Assembly (NCBI GenBank): GCA_030390025.1
Contig: CM059431.1
Coordinates: 98,582,001-98,646,000 of the forward strand
Reading direction: 5' to 3'
DNA from: Squalus acanthias
Lineage: Eukaryota
Length of the DNA: 64,000 bases
The first letter of the stretch is position 1, and every line of letters begins with the position of its first letter. Under the pieces are notes generated by a model, which had not been told where the DNA came from, did no database searches, and was given only the letters and a program-made list of their open reading frames with translations. Position numbers and translations under genes: made by a program. This document shows positions 11,246 to 23,688 of the stretch, in pieces.

Positions 11246-13669
11246 TACGATTCTATATCCCTGATAACTGGAAATATTAACCGGTGCTCATGATAGAAAT
11301 TTTAAGGCACATATCTTAAGGAACAATGACTACAGTCGAACCTTCATTCCCAACCATAATGGAGGTACTACCCCCACAAGACTGTGGTGGGTGATGGGTA
11401 TTGATGGATAATTGAATGACCCTTACACACATGGCCCAGTGATTCCCGAGGAATGATGGTGCTGAAGTACAAAGAACAGAGTTTAATATCTCTTGGTCCA
11501 TGATCAGTGCCAGGCTGGAGGAGATTGGTGTTTGCTGCTGGGCAATGAGGTGATGTCCCATTGGATATTCTGGTACCCAATCGGGAAGGTAGACAATTGG
11601 AGGTCAGATAAATGGAGGTTTCACTGCAACCCTACGTACAGTTTCTTAATCGGAGATTTTGTGTCATGAGGTACGTAATAAGGCAAAAGAACCAGAGGGG
11701 AGACCAGGAGAATTTTTTTTACGCAGCGAGTTGTTGTGATCTGGAATGCGCTGCCTGAAAGGGCGGTGGAAGCAGATTCAATCGTAACTTTCAAAAGGGA
11801 ATTAGATAAATACTTGAAAAGGAGAAATTTGCAGGACTATGGGGAAAGAGCAGGGGGAGTGGGACTAATTGGAGAGCTCGTTCAAAGAGCCGGCACAGGC
11901 ACGATGGGCCGAGTGGCCTCCTTCTGTGCTATATCACTGTATGATTCTAAGTGAAGACTAGCACATCCCTTGGAGCAGATGGCATATTCCCTGGAGTGGT
12001 GAGGGAGATCAGTCTGGAACTGCCTCTTGTCCTGTTGAAGGAATCGAACACCAGTGAGGTTTGTCAGAATTGGAGGCGTGTCTACGTGTAGAGAATGCAG
12101 CTTAGGGCAGATCACAGAATGGCTACAGCACAGAAGGAGGCCATTCGGCCCATCGAGTCCGATAGCAGAGAGATTAAAGGAAAGTGAAGGAGGGAATATA
12201 AAAATGGAAGGGGGAAAGGATATGGAGGTTTGAGAGTTGTCCAAGGCTCCACTGTTTAAATACAAATCACAAGATGGCATCTAGAGGCATGAATTAGAAC
12301 AAAGGGACATGACGTTGTAGCCTTGACAGAAACGAGATATTCCCAGCTCCAACATTTTTAGGAGCGACAGAGAAGGTAAAAGGAAGGAAGGGGGTAACAT
12401 TAATGCAAGAGACAATTAGAGCTATAGGACAGAAAGCTTTTATTAATGGTGGAACTCAGACAGACTTGATCTGGGTTAAGAATTTTTTTTTAAATTTGTT
12501 CCTGGGATGTGGGCGTCGTTGGCAAGGCCGGCATTTATTGCCCATCCCCAATTGCCCTTGAGAAGGTGGTGGTGAGCCGCCTTCTTGAACTGTTGCAGTC
12601 CGTGTGGTGAAGGTGCTCCCACAGTGCTGTTAGGGAGGGAGTTCCAGGATTCTGACCCAGTGACGATGAAGGAACAGTCGATATATTTCCAAGTCAGGAT
12701 GGTGTGTGACTTGAAGGGGAACTTGGAGGTGGTGATGTTCCCATGCGTCTGCTGCCCTTGTCCTTCTAGGTGGTAGAGGTCGCGGGTTTGGGAGGTGCTG
12801 CCGAAGAAGCCTTGGCGAGTTGTTGCAGTGCATCTTGTAGATTATAATAAGGGATCCATTACCATTTTGGCGACACATTAGAGGGCACCAAGCAATGGCG
12901 AACTTTAAAGGCAATTTAGAGAGGTTTGCAGCAGTGACAGAGCTCGAATAACGCAGGAGGTTAACTACCTGAAGATAGGTTGGGATAAGGGAAAGGTTTC
13001 TGTTATCAGGACGCATTCAGGACTGTTCCCTTAATCAGGATGTCTAATGTCCAACAAGGATGGCAGCGGAGCCGGGTCTGGGTCTGGATAATGAAGCAGG
13101 AGAAGTTAGTGGTGTGAAGGTAGAACACTGGGTGTGGCCAGAACCCGACTGGGGTCACACTGGAAATAGAAAACAAAGTATGGAATCGCGAGATCAAAGG
13201 TTGAGACTGGAAAGTAACTCATTTCAGTGGGAAGGGGCCAAACCCAGATTAAATGCGTGGGGCACACAGAGAGGGTTAGTGGGACGTGGAATGCATTACC
13301 ACAAGCGGCTCTTGAAGGGGACACAAGAACATAACTTGCAGAGTTAGATGAAAGGATATGGGGAACAGGGTCGGGAGAAGTGATTCCAGTGTTGAAGCTG
13401 CTGTTGAAGAGGTGGCACTGACGCATGGCCGATGGGCCGAATGGCCTCCTTCTGTGCTGTAATTTCTGTGATTCTATACCGCCTTCCAAAATCTGTTAAA
13501 AGTAGCACCTTGACTTTGTAAGTGAAGAGATTAACGGCCTGTGATTTCTGTTTGGACAACTGTATCTCAACATGGACCACTTCCGCAGCCTGCCCGAGAG
13601 AACATTAGTGACGACTCTCGCGCTCTAAGTGCTGATGACTTCAGTTCTGGGGAACAGTTTGAGACGTAC

Positions 13670-13792
13670 CATGCTGACATCTGTCCCCCTGCCATCCCTC
13701 CTTGCAGATACAGCTGAAAGCGGCCTCTTCATCTTCACACCGGACTGAGCCCTCAGGGTTGCACGGTGAGGGGGAGCACTGGTCGGAGATTT
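13670..13792 (-). CDS. PROS1: Protein S-like exon 5: EGF1 (EISDQCSPSPCNPEGSVRCEDEEAAFSCICKEGWQGDRCQH)
   Basis: Six-Cys EGF pattern, 123 nt, CAG/GTACGT boundaries; translated by hand (absent from the ORF track). Confidence 0.93.
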
Positions 13793-14796
13793 CTGGATGG
13801 AGCAGAGGACAATAAAACTAGTTGCATCTCCAATTGAATGTTAGAAGACACACCAATAAATATTACATAAGAAGACAGTGAATAAGAGAAGATGGATTGG
13901 CCCATCTTACCAGTTCCTCCTACCGACGATTTTAAAATTCTCACCCTTGTGTTCAAATCCCTCCATGGCCTCGCCCCTCCCTATCTCTGGAACCTCCTCC
14001 AGACCTACAACCCTCTGAGATATCTGCGCTCCTCCAATTCTGGCCTCTTGTGCATCCGCACTTCCTTCTCTCCACCATTGGTGGCCGTGCCTTCTGTTGC
14101 CTGGGCCCTAAACTCTGGAATTCCCTCCCTAAACCTCTCCGCCACTCTACCTCTCTCTCCTCCATTAATTCGCTCCTTAAAACCTCCCTCTTTGACCAAG
14201 CTTTTGGTCACCTCTCCTAATGTCTCCTTATGTGGCTCAGTGTCAAATTTTGTGTCTTATAATACTCACGTGAAACACCTTGGGACATTTTACTACGTTA
14301 AAGATATGATATAAATGCAAGTTACTGTTGACTATCCCCAATTTACCCCATCCTGGGCTCGACTCAACCCCATTCAATCGCCTGAAGAGAAGACCTGTAG
14401 AATATCTGGTTTTAATACCGCTTGCTGCATTTTGTTAAAATTTCCTTCCAACATCATGTGTAATAAAAGAGATGTTAATGCAATATCAAAATAATCAGGT
14501 TGATAATTATTATTTCACAAGGCAACTGTGGAATGAACAACTTTAACATCTTGATTCATTCAGGTGATATTAGCCTCGAGCAAAGAGCAAGTAATGAGGA
14601 ACGGTACATCTAGATTCAAACAGCAGTCACTCTTGTTACGTAGATAAACACAGCAGCCAATTTGCACCCAGCAAGAACTCATGACAATGACCACCAAACC
14701 TGCTCTTGGTGGTGTTGGTTGTGGGATAAATAAACTGGATTCCCTGCTTTTCTTCCAATAGTGGCCACGGGATCAGTTACATCCAAATGAGAGAAC

Positions 14797-15577
14797 AGTG
14801 CGGCGCTCTCTCAGTACTGCCCCTCCGACAGTGCTGCTCTCCCTCAGTACTGCCCCTCCGACAGTGCTGCACTCTCTCAGTACTGCCCCTCTGACACTGC
14901 GGCGCTCCCTCAGTACTGCCCCTCCGACAGTGCTGCACTCTCTCAGTACTGCCCCTCCGACAGTGCAGCGCTCCCTCAGTACTGCCCCTCCGACAGTGCA
15001 GTGCTCCCTCAGTACTGCCCCTCCGACAGTGCAGCGCTCCCTCAGTACTGCCCCTCCGACAGTGCAGTGCTCCCTCAGTACTGCCCCTCCGACATTGCTG
15101 CACTCTCTCAGTACTGCCCCTCCGACAGTGCTGCACTCTCTCAGTACTGCCCCTCCGACAGTGCGTAGCTCCCTCAGTACTGCCCCTCCGACAGTGCAGC
15201 GCTCCCTCAGTACTGCCCCTCCGACAGTGCAGTGCTCCCTTAGTACTTCCCCTCCGACAGTGCAGTGCTCCCTCAGTACTGCCCCTCCGACAGTGCAGTG
15301 CTCCCTCAGTACTGCCCCTCCGACACTGCGGCGCTCCCTCAGTACTGCCCCTCCGACAGTGCAGTGCTCCCTCTGTACTGCCCCTCCGACAGTGCAGCGC
15401 TCCCTCAGCACTGCCCCTCCGACAGTGCAGTGCTCCCTCAGCACTGCCCCTCCGACAGGGCGGCGCTCCCTCAGCACTGCCCCTCCGACAGTGCAGTGCT
15501 CCCTCAGCACTGCCCCTCCGACAGTGCAGTGCTCCCTCAGCACTGCCCCTCCGACAGTGCGGCGCTCCCTCAGCACT
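14797..15577. repeat. 33-bp minisatellite (CAGTACTGCCCCTCCGACAGTGCAGCGCTCCCT), ~23 copies, inside a Deu-SINE
   Basis: Direct tandem repeats between SINE body and SINE head. Confidence 0.95.
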
Positions 15578-16167
15578 GCACTGGGAGTGTCACCTAGATT
15601 TTGTGCTCAAGTCTCTGGAGTGGGACTCGAACCCACGACCTTCTGACTCAGAGGCGAGAGAGAGTGCTACCCACTGAGTCATGGCTAACATCTACAAGAA
15701 TTAATAATTTACTTGAGCTTCGCAGAAAGATGACACAGAGGGAATCATTTCCAAAGCTCCCTGGCCTGGCAGAGTACAATAGCGCTGTGGCTTTGGGCCT
15801 GGACTAGCAACACAGGGCCTCTGAGCTCGAATCTTACAACGGCCAGTTCTGAAATTGTGGGAAAAGTAACTGTAAGAGCTGCAGGCTTGTGGTAAAATAC
15901 TGGTTCACTCACGTCCTTCAGGGTCGGGGATTTGTCCCCACCACCCGGTCTGGCCTCCACGTGACTCCAGTTCCACACTAGGTAGCGGAATCTTAAGCCA
16001 CACCGTTGTCAGGGTAACCTTTAAAAACAAAGCGGCTTGTATTTCCCCCATTTCCCAATAATTCAGTAACGGTATCTGTGAAGATAGGACACATTCCACG
16101 CTTACTTTAAGCCCTGGTATATATTTATGCTCCGTTAGTCTGAACATTTCCGCTGACTTTAACATAC

Positions 16168-16254
16168 CGTTTACACAGCTCCGCAGATTCCCGGGAGGGC
16201 GTTTGGAAATGTAAATCAGGCTTGATAAGCGTAATCGATAGCGGCTGAGACAGT
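16168..16254 (-). CDS. PROS1: Protein S-like exon 4: thrombin-sensitive-region-like loop DCLSRYRLRLSSLIYISKRPPGNLRSCVN
   Basis: 87 nt, phase 1-1, CAG acceptor and GTATG donor; Cys...LRSCVN ending as in the protein S TSR. Confidence 0.9.
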
Positions 16255-16479
16255 CTGTGAGGGAGACAAGGGGAGAGCGTGAGTTCTCAACACAACAAAG
16301 CTCCAGTGAGAAAGACGCTGTTATCTGGTCGGTAAGTAGACTCCACACAGGCTGGGCTACACATATCTGGGCTACACTGGTGAGCTTTACGACACATCCA
16401 TTTCTGCAGACAAGGGGCAATTTGACAAATTTGTACTTCCGGTGCGGAATCTCGGCACGCTGGGACATTATCGGGAATT

Positions 16480-17035
16480 AGGGCGGGGGACAGAGGGGAG
16501 ACCGAGGGGGGGTGGGGAAGAGGGGAGACCGAGTGGAGGGGGAAAGAGGGGAGACCGAGGGGGGGGCGGGGGGGGAAAGAGGGGAGACCGAGGGGGGGGG
16601 GGGAGGGGAGGGAAAGAGGGGAGACCGAGGGGGGGGGGGGGGGGGAAAGAGGGGAGACCGAGGGGGGGGGGGGGGGGGGGAGAAAGAGGGGAAAGTGAGG
16701 GAGGGGGGAGAGGGGGGAAAGCGAGGGAGGGGGGGAAAGCGAGGGGGTGGGGAAAGCGAGGGGGTGGGGAAAGCGAGGGGGTGGGGAAAGCGAGGGGGTG
16801 GGGAAAGCGAGGGGGTGGGGAAAGCGAGGGGGTGGGGAAAGCGAGGGGGTGGGGAAAGCGAGGGGGTGGGGAAAGCGAGGGGGTGGGGAAAGCGAGGGGG
16901 TGGGGAAAGCGAGGGGGTGGGGAAAGCGAGGGGGTGGGGAAAGCGAGGGGGTGGGGAAAGCGAGGGGGTGGGGAAAGCGAGGGGGTGGGGAAAGCGAGGG
17001 GGTGGGGAAAGCGAGGGGGTGGGGGTGGGCTGGGG
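16480..17035. repeat. G-rich tandem array (17-bp GAAAGCGAGGGGGTGGG unit preceded by a GGGGAAAGAGGGGAGACCGA-type unit)
   Basis: Visible tandem periodicity. Confidence 0.92.
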
Positions 17036-17880
17036 AGAGCTATTTCCCATTTTGGAGGGTTGGCAGCGTTCCTGCTCCACAGGTGCGAGTCAGCACTGCA
17101 GGGGGTGGGTACTCATGAAGTGATAGGACAGCAAGTTGCCATGTGACCGAGTCTGGCCCCCTTCCCTTCAGGGAGCAGAGAATGGGCATTCCGGGGACCA
17201 CAGACCAGCACACCTCACACTGGCTGCCTCATGAATATTGTTGCTCACTCACTCATTCCACCCAGTGACTCTGTGTGACACGGAGAACCTAAAGGAGAAG
17301 ATTAGTTCTGTGTTCAGTTCTGGACCCCGCACCTCAGGAAGGACATACTGGCCTTGGAGAGGGAGCAGCGCAGATTCAGCAGAATGATACTCGGGGCTAA
17401 AAGAGTTAAATTACAAGGACAGGTTGCACAGACTGGGCTTGTAATCCCTCGAGTGTAGAAGATTAAGGGGTGATCTAATTGAGGTGTTTAAGCTGATTAA
17501 AGGAGTTGATTGGGTCGATAGAGAGAAACTATTTCTTCTGGAGTCCAGAACAAGGGGGCATAACCTTAAAATTAGAGCCAGGCCGTTCAGGGGTGATGTC
17601 AGGAAGCACTTCTTCACACAAAGGGGAGTGGAAATCTGGAACTCTCTCCCCCAGAAAGCCGTTGGGGTTCAATTGAAAATTTCAAAACTGAGATTGATAG
17701 ATTTTTGTCAGGTAAGGGTATTAAGGGTTACGGAACCAAGGCGGGTAGATGGAGTTAGAGATTGCTCCTGTCGCCTGCTCCAGATCACGTCTCGATAGCC
17801 ATGTCTACAACACAAGGGGAAATGCCCAGACTGGGTAGTCCAAACACCAATGGGAGCGTTAATACGTAAGTGAAACTCAC

Positions 17881-17905
17881 CGAGGTACTTGGGGTAAAAG
17901 TACTC
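17881..17905 (-). CDS. PROS1: Protein S-like exon 3: aromatic stack EYFYPKYL
   Basis: 25-nt exon typical of Gla proteins; polypyrimidine-CAG acceptor and GTGAGT donor. Confidence 0.93.
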
Positions 17906-19321
17906 CTGCAGAAAGAAGGAAAAAACAAGCGTCAAGCAGCGAACACACTCCCATCGCCAGAGTCAACATCAGCACAGTGCGGGGGTAGACTGTCTCACAT
18001 CCACCAATTCACGAGGAGACCTCCCGCAGCATTACTCTCTGGGCTGCGTTATTTTGATATTCGGCACCGTCTCGCTACACGCTGTCCCTTTCTCCATGAG
18101 ATCTACTGAAACAACACGACTGACGCAAGGTTAAAGAAACCCACACACCTTACTGTTAGAGCCTCGGAGATACAGCGGGTCCCGAGAGTCCTACAGGCCA
18201 TCGATCCTGACAGAGGTGACGTGAAACGGCTCGCCGGGTGACGCTTCACTCCCACTCTGACCTCACCGTCCTCGGCCTATTACACTGTTCCACGGAAGCG
18301 CAGCGTAAGCTCGAGGAACAGCACCTCATTTTTCGTTTAGGCAAGCTACAGCCCTCTGGACTCAATATCGAGTTCAACAATTTTAGATCATAACCTCAGC
18401 TCCAATCACATTTATATTTTATTTTTTCCACCCTTTTATTTGTCCCCCCCCACCTTTTTTTTCCTCCTAGAAGCTGGCAGCTGTCCTTCATTCTGCCAGT
18501 GGATTTCACACTTCATTCAGCCTTAATCTGTCACATTAACACCACCTCTAGCCTTGCATATCTCTTAATGTCTCTTCATCTCACCCTTTGTTCCTTTATC
18601 CCCTCCCCCTTTTCCCAGCTTTACCCTGGCCTTAAATCGCGGAATGTATTTTGATTAGCAGCAGCGTGACACCAATCAGCGTGCAACGCCAAACTGGCTC
18701 ACGCTCATCCATTTTGGAGCTCGCCGCTCCTCTTACCACCCTCTGCAAAGCACGGCCGTGCGTGCAGCGACTGACAGCGCGGAGAGGCGGGAGAAAGCGG
18801 CGGTGAGCTAGAACCCGGACTGTACACAGCTGCTGGGATAACTGGTAACTATGGAGAGCTATTGGAGCGAAAACTGCTTCCACTGAAATGCATAAAATCT
18901 CCCTCCCTACTCAGTCAAACGTTACAGGAGGTAAACACTTTCAAAATAAACTGTACTGTACTACAGCTGTAATAATCTCAGGAAAAATCAAAGCTGCATT
19001 TCCTTAAATTTTACAAATTGGGGTTTTCTAGTTCAGGAACTGATAAAATGTAATGCAAAGTTTGGACATCTGCTTTTAAAAGGCTTGACAGCATATTCTC
19101 ACCAAGAGATCTTCACAAGTCTGCTGTTGTTAAAAATGTAACTGAACTCTCTTCTGCACCGTTCACACCAGTGAACTCCTGACCAAGAGTTCATGTTCTT
19201 TTTTTAATTTATTTCCATTGATGTCTCATGCAACGGCTTAAGGACAACTGTGCCACAGTCTTACGCGGTATTTCCAGTCACAGTCCCTCCAGATCTGAGC
19301 CTGTGTTTTCAGAGCTACTCA

Positions 19322-21290
19322 CCAGGGAGTGAATGCCCTAAGCAGAAAAAGAGCGCATATGACAGATGTCAGGCTACAAATACATCTGAGAATCAGGCTG
19401 AATATAGAAAGTTCAGAGGAGAAGTGAAAAAGAAAATAAGAGGGGCAAAGAGAGGGTATGAGAATAGAATGGCAGCCAACATAAAAGGTAATCCAAAAGT
19501 CTTCTATAGGCATATAAATAGTAAAAGGGTAGTAAGAGGAGGGGTGGGGCCGATTAGGGACCAAAAAGGAGACCTATGCATGGAAGCAGAGGGCATAGCT
19601 GAGGTACTAAATGAGTACTTTGCATCTGTCTTCACCAAGGAAGAGGATGCTGCCATAGACATAGTGAAGGAGAAGGTAGTGGAGATACTTGATAGGATAA
19701 AAATTGATAGAGGAGGTATTAGAAGGGCAGATAAGTCACCAGGAGTGGATGGGATGCATCCTAGGATGCTGAGGAAATTGAGGGAGGAAATCGCGGAGGT
19801 ACTGGCCATAATATTTCAATCCTCCTTAGATACGGGGGTGGTGCTAGAGGACTGGAGAATTGCAAATGTTACACCATTGTTCAAAAAAGGGTGTAAAGAT
19901 AAACCCAGCAAGTACAGGCCAGTCAGTTTGACCTCGGTAGTGGGGAAGCTTTTAGAAACAGTAATCAGGGACAAAATTAACAGTCACTTGGACAAGTGTG
20001 GATTAATTAAGGAAAGCCAGCACGGATTTGTTAAAGGCAAATCGTGTTTAACCAACTTGATTGAGTTCTTTGATGAGGTAACAGAGAGGGTTGATGAGGG
20101 CAATGCAGTTGACGTAGTGTACATGGAGTTCCAAAAGGTGTTCGACAAAGTGCCACATAATAAGCTTGCCAGCAAAGTTGAAGCCGATGGAATAAAAGGG
20201 ACAGTGGCAGCATGGATATGGAACTGGCTAAGTGATAGGAAACAGAGAGTAGTGGTGAACAGTTGTTTTTCGGACTGGAGGAAGGTATACAGTGGTGTTC
20301 CCCAGGGGTCGGTTATAGGGCCACTGCTTTTCTGGATATATATTAATGACTTGGACGTGGGTGTATAGGGCACAATTTCAAAATCTGCAGATGGCACAAA
20401 ACTTGGAAGTTTAGTGAACAGTGAGGAGGAGAGTGATAGACTTCAGGAAGACATAGACAGGCTGGTGAAATGGGCGGACACGTGGCAGATGAAATTTAAT
20501 GCAGAAAAGTGTGAAGTGATGCATTTATGCAGAAAGAATGAGGAGAGGACATATAAACTAAATGGTATATTCCTGAAGGGGTGCACGAACAGAGAGACCT
20601 GGGGATATGTGTGCACAAATCGTTGAAGGTGGCAGGGCAGGTTGAGAAAGCAGTTAAAAAGGCTTACGGGATCCTGGGCTTCATGAATAGAGGTATAGAG
20701 TACAAAAGTGTGGAAATTATGATGAACCTATATAAAACACTGGTTCGGCCCGAACTGAAGTATTGTGTCCAATTCTGGGCACCGCACTTTAGGAAGGATG
20801 TGAAGGCCTTAGAGAGGGTGCAGAAAAGATTTACGAGAATGATTCCAGGGATGAGGAACTTCAGTTACGTGGATAGACTGGAGAAGCTGGGGTTGTTCTC
20901 CTTAGAACAGAGAAGGTTGAGAGGAGATTTGATAGAGGTGTTCAAAATCATGAGGGGTCTAGACAGAGTAGATAGAGGGAAACTGTTCCCATTGGTGGAA
21001 GGGTCGAGAACCAGAGGACACAGATTCAAGGTGATTGGCAAAAGAACCAAAGGCGACGCAAGAAAAAACTTTTTTACGCAGCGAGTGGTTAGGATCTGGA
21101 ATGCACTGCCTGAAAGGGTGTTGGAGGCAGATTCAATCATGGCTTTCAAAAGGGAATTGGATAAGTATCTGAAGGAAAGAAATTTACAGGGCTACGGGGA
21201 AAGGGCGGGGGAGTGGGACTAGCTTGCAGAGAGCCGGCACGGGATCGACGGGCCGAATGGCCTCCTTCCGTGCTGTAACCATTCTATGAT
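19322..21290 (+). mobile_element. CR1-clade LINE, 5'-truncated and frameshifted ORF2 (reverse transcriptase) plus 3' tail
   Basis: ORFs 19250-20368 and 20581-21222 carry [22 protein letters not shown] and LVRP.L.YCVQFW motifs; ends in ATTCTATGAT tail. Confidence 0.95.
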
Positions 21291-22043
21291 GTCCCACCAG
21301 GAGGAGGAAACATTCAACAAAGTATAACAGCAAGAAAAACATTTCTCCAGCGCTTTTCACCACCTCAGGACGTCCCAAAGTACTTTACAGCCACTGAAGT
21401 ACTTTTTGAAGTGTAGTCACTGTTGCAATGTAGGAAACACGGCAGCCAATTTGTGCACAGCAAGATCCCACAAACAGCAATCTGATAATGATCAGATAAT
21501 CTGTTTTAGTGATGTTAGTTGAGGGATAAATATTGGCCCCAGGACACCGGGGAGAACTCCCCTGCTCTTCTGCAAAATAGTGGCCATGGGATCTTTTACG
21601 TCCACCTGAGAGAGCAGACGGGCCTCGGTTTAACGTCTTATCCGAAAGACGGCATCTCCGACAGTGCAGCACCCCCTCAGCACGGCACTGGGAGTGTCAG
21701 TCTAGCTTTATGTGCTCAAGTCTCTGGAGCGGGGCTTGAACCCATGACCTTCCAATGCAGGTCTGGGCCTATATGTGACTCCAGAACCACACCAAAAGTG
21801 ATTGACTCTTAACTGCCCTCAGAAGTGGCCCAGTAAGACACTCAGCTCTTTCAAACCTCTACAAAGAATTGCAGCGTTTCAAGAAGGCGGCTCACCACCA
21901 CCTTCAGGGCAACTAGGGATGGGCAATAAATGGCAGGAGTACAACCGGCCCATAGCATATTCAGGAGCAAGGTGGGCTGGACAGGTGGGGTCTGCTACCT
22001 ACTGTGCAGACCCACTCTACTGTAAAGAACATGACGTACTTAC

Positions 22044-22201
22044 TGTTTCTGGATAATTCTCAAATACTTCCCTCGCTTCCTCTTTGTTGCAAAATTCTTC
22101 GATGCATTCCCGCTCTAAGCTGCCTTGTTTACGTTCCTCGAAGATCACATTTGCACGTCGTTGTCTGATGAGAAACTGTGATGCTCGTTGGTGTGACAGG
22201 A
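22044..22201 (-). CDS. PROS1: Protein S-like exon 2: propeptide + Gla domain ([53 protein letters not shown])
   Basis: Gamma-carboxylase propeptide (F-16, A-10, L-6), furin site RQRR, Gla consensus; CAG acceptor, GTAAGT donor; 158 nt. Confidence 0.95.
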
Positions 22202-22790
22202 CTGTGTGCACGCAAAGAATTATAGGTCAAGCTGTTCATTCAGTGCACAATTTCACTTGTCTCTACATTAAACGTCCATTTGCCGGAGGTTCTAAGGGCA
22301 GCTTTTACCAATTTACCAGGAAGGTGTGCTGGTGATCCAAGTATAGAGATCAGTGGGTCCCACCAGATATTCTCTTCATTGTCCATCCCTTTCAATTCTA
22401 CATTACAACAATGACTACACTGCAAAAGTACTTCATTGGCTGTAAAGTGCTTAGGGGCGGCCTGAGGTTGTGAAAAGCGCTGTATAAATGCAAGTACCTT
22501 CTTTCTTACCAATTGCTTCTATAACTGAGTGGCCACCAGAGGGCAATCAAAGTCAACAATGGCATCTTTCATGGTCATTGTTTTGGGTGCCATTCCACAA
22601 CTCATGGCCCCTGGATTACACCCACAACCTAACTACATGGGTATGGCAGTGTAGTAGATACATAAGAAAAGCAAGTACTGCCATTTCTCCAGCGCCTTTC
22701 ACAACCTCAGGACGTCCCAAAGCGCTTTACAGCCAATGAAATACTTTTGAAGTGTAGTCACTGTTGTAATGTAGGAAATGTTATAGTCTT

Positions 22791-23688
22791 GGGGGTAGAA
22801 ATTAGGTCGCGCCCCATTTGGGGCGCAAATATCGTCCGGACGCAAATATTAGCGCCTGGCGCTAATTATCGGCACTGACAGGAAACTTCACTTTTACCGC
22901 CCCGGGAGGTGAGTGGAGCGCTAAAGCAGGCGCTGCACACCTCTCTTAAGGCGCAAAGGCCGAGCAGTGAGGCACTAACTCGGAGCGCTGGTGAAGCTCA
23001 TGTGATGTCAGTCAGCAATGGAACACACACACAATGGCACGGGCCAGTTCTTAAAGGGGATGGTTAATCTTGCTTTCCATCCACATCCTGTTCATTGCTG
23101 CCTTGAATCTCGGCCTGGAGAGACTTGCACATCAAATGTGCTGGAAAGAACAATGGAGAGTACCAGGCAAAGAGCTCAGAGTGCAGCTCCCACAGTCTCT
23201 GCTAAATCGATACAAGGAATGGCAAATCAAAATGAACCTGCAAAGTGCTGCTCAGTACCCAAAACTCCTTCACACAACGTTGAATCTCTCCAGAAGTCTC
23301 TCCCTCTCTCTCTCAGAATGCGTAGTTCAAAAATGCCACCAACAATAAAAGACAGGAAGAGGCCCCCTTTAAATAGCGCCCCCCCCCCCCAGCCCCACAG
23401 CGATTGATAGCGTTCCAGTCTTCTGGTCGTTGGAAGCGCCAGGCGGTAAGGCAGGGGGCGCCACTCAATTTCCGCTACGGGGCGCCACAAGGGCGTTGCA
23501 CCATGGAATGACGTCACAATCTGCGCGCGCAGGTGGTCGCAGCGGTAAGTTTTAGCGCCGCCGCACAATCTCAAGTTAAGTTCTCGAACGGCGCAAACAT
23601 CGCTGCGCCCGGGCGTTAGCGGCTTTGCGCCCCATTAGCGCCCTCTTAAGGCGCTAACGGGAGGCGCAACCAAGTGAATTTTTACCCC
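22791..23688. mobile_element. MITE-like element with imperfect TIRs
   Basis: GGGGTAGAAATT versus reverse-complemented right end GGGGTAAAAATT; CpG-rich subterminal arms. Confidence 0.65.

Noticed and set aside
12290..12480. Possible LINE endonuclease remnant (DVVALTET-like)
   Set aside because: Highly decayed; not enough to define a feature.
14773..15646. Mucin-like or Cys-rich 11-aa repeat ORFs (also at ~32.6k, 47.9k and 60.6k)
   Set aside because: Products of the 33-bp SINE-internal array, open on both strands.
19250..21222. Active or domesticated reverse transcriptase gene
   Set aside because: 5'-truncated, with a stop and frameshifts around the catalytic motif (reads SADG rather than FADD).
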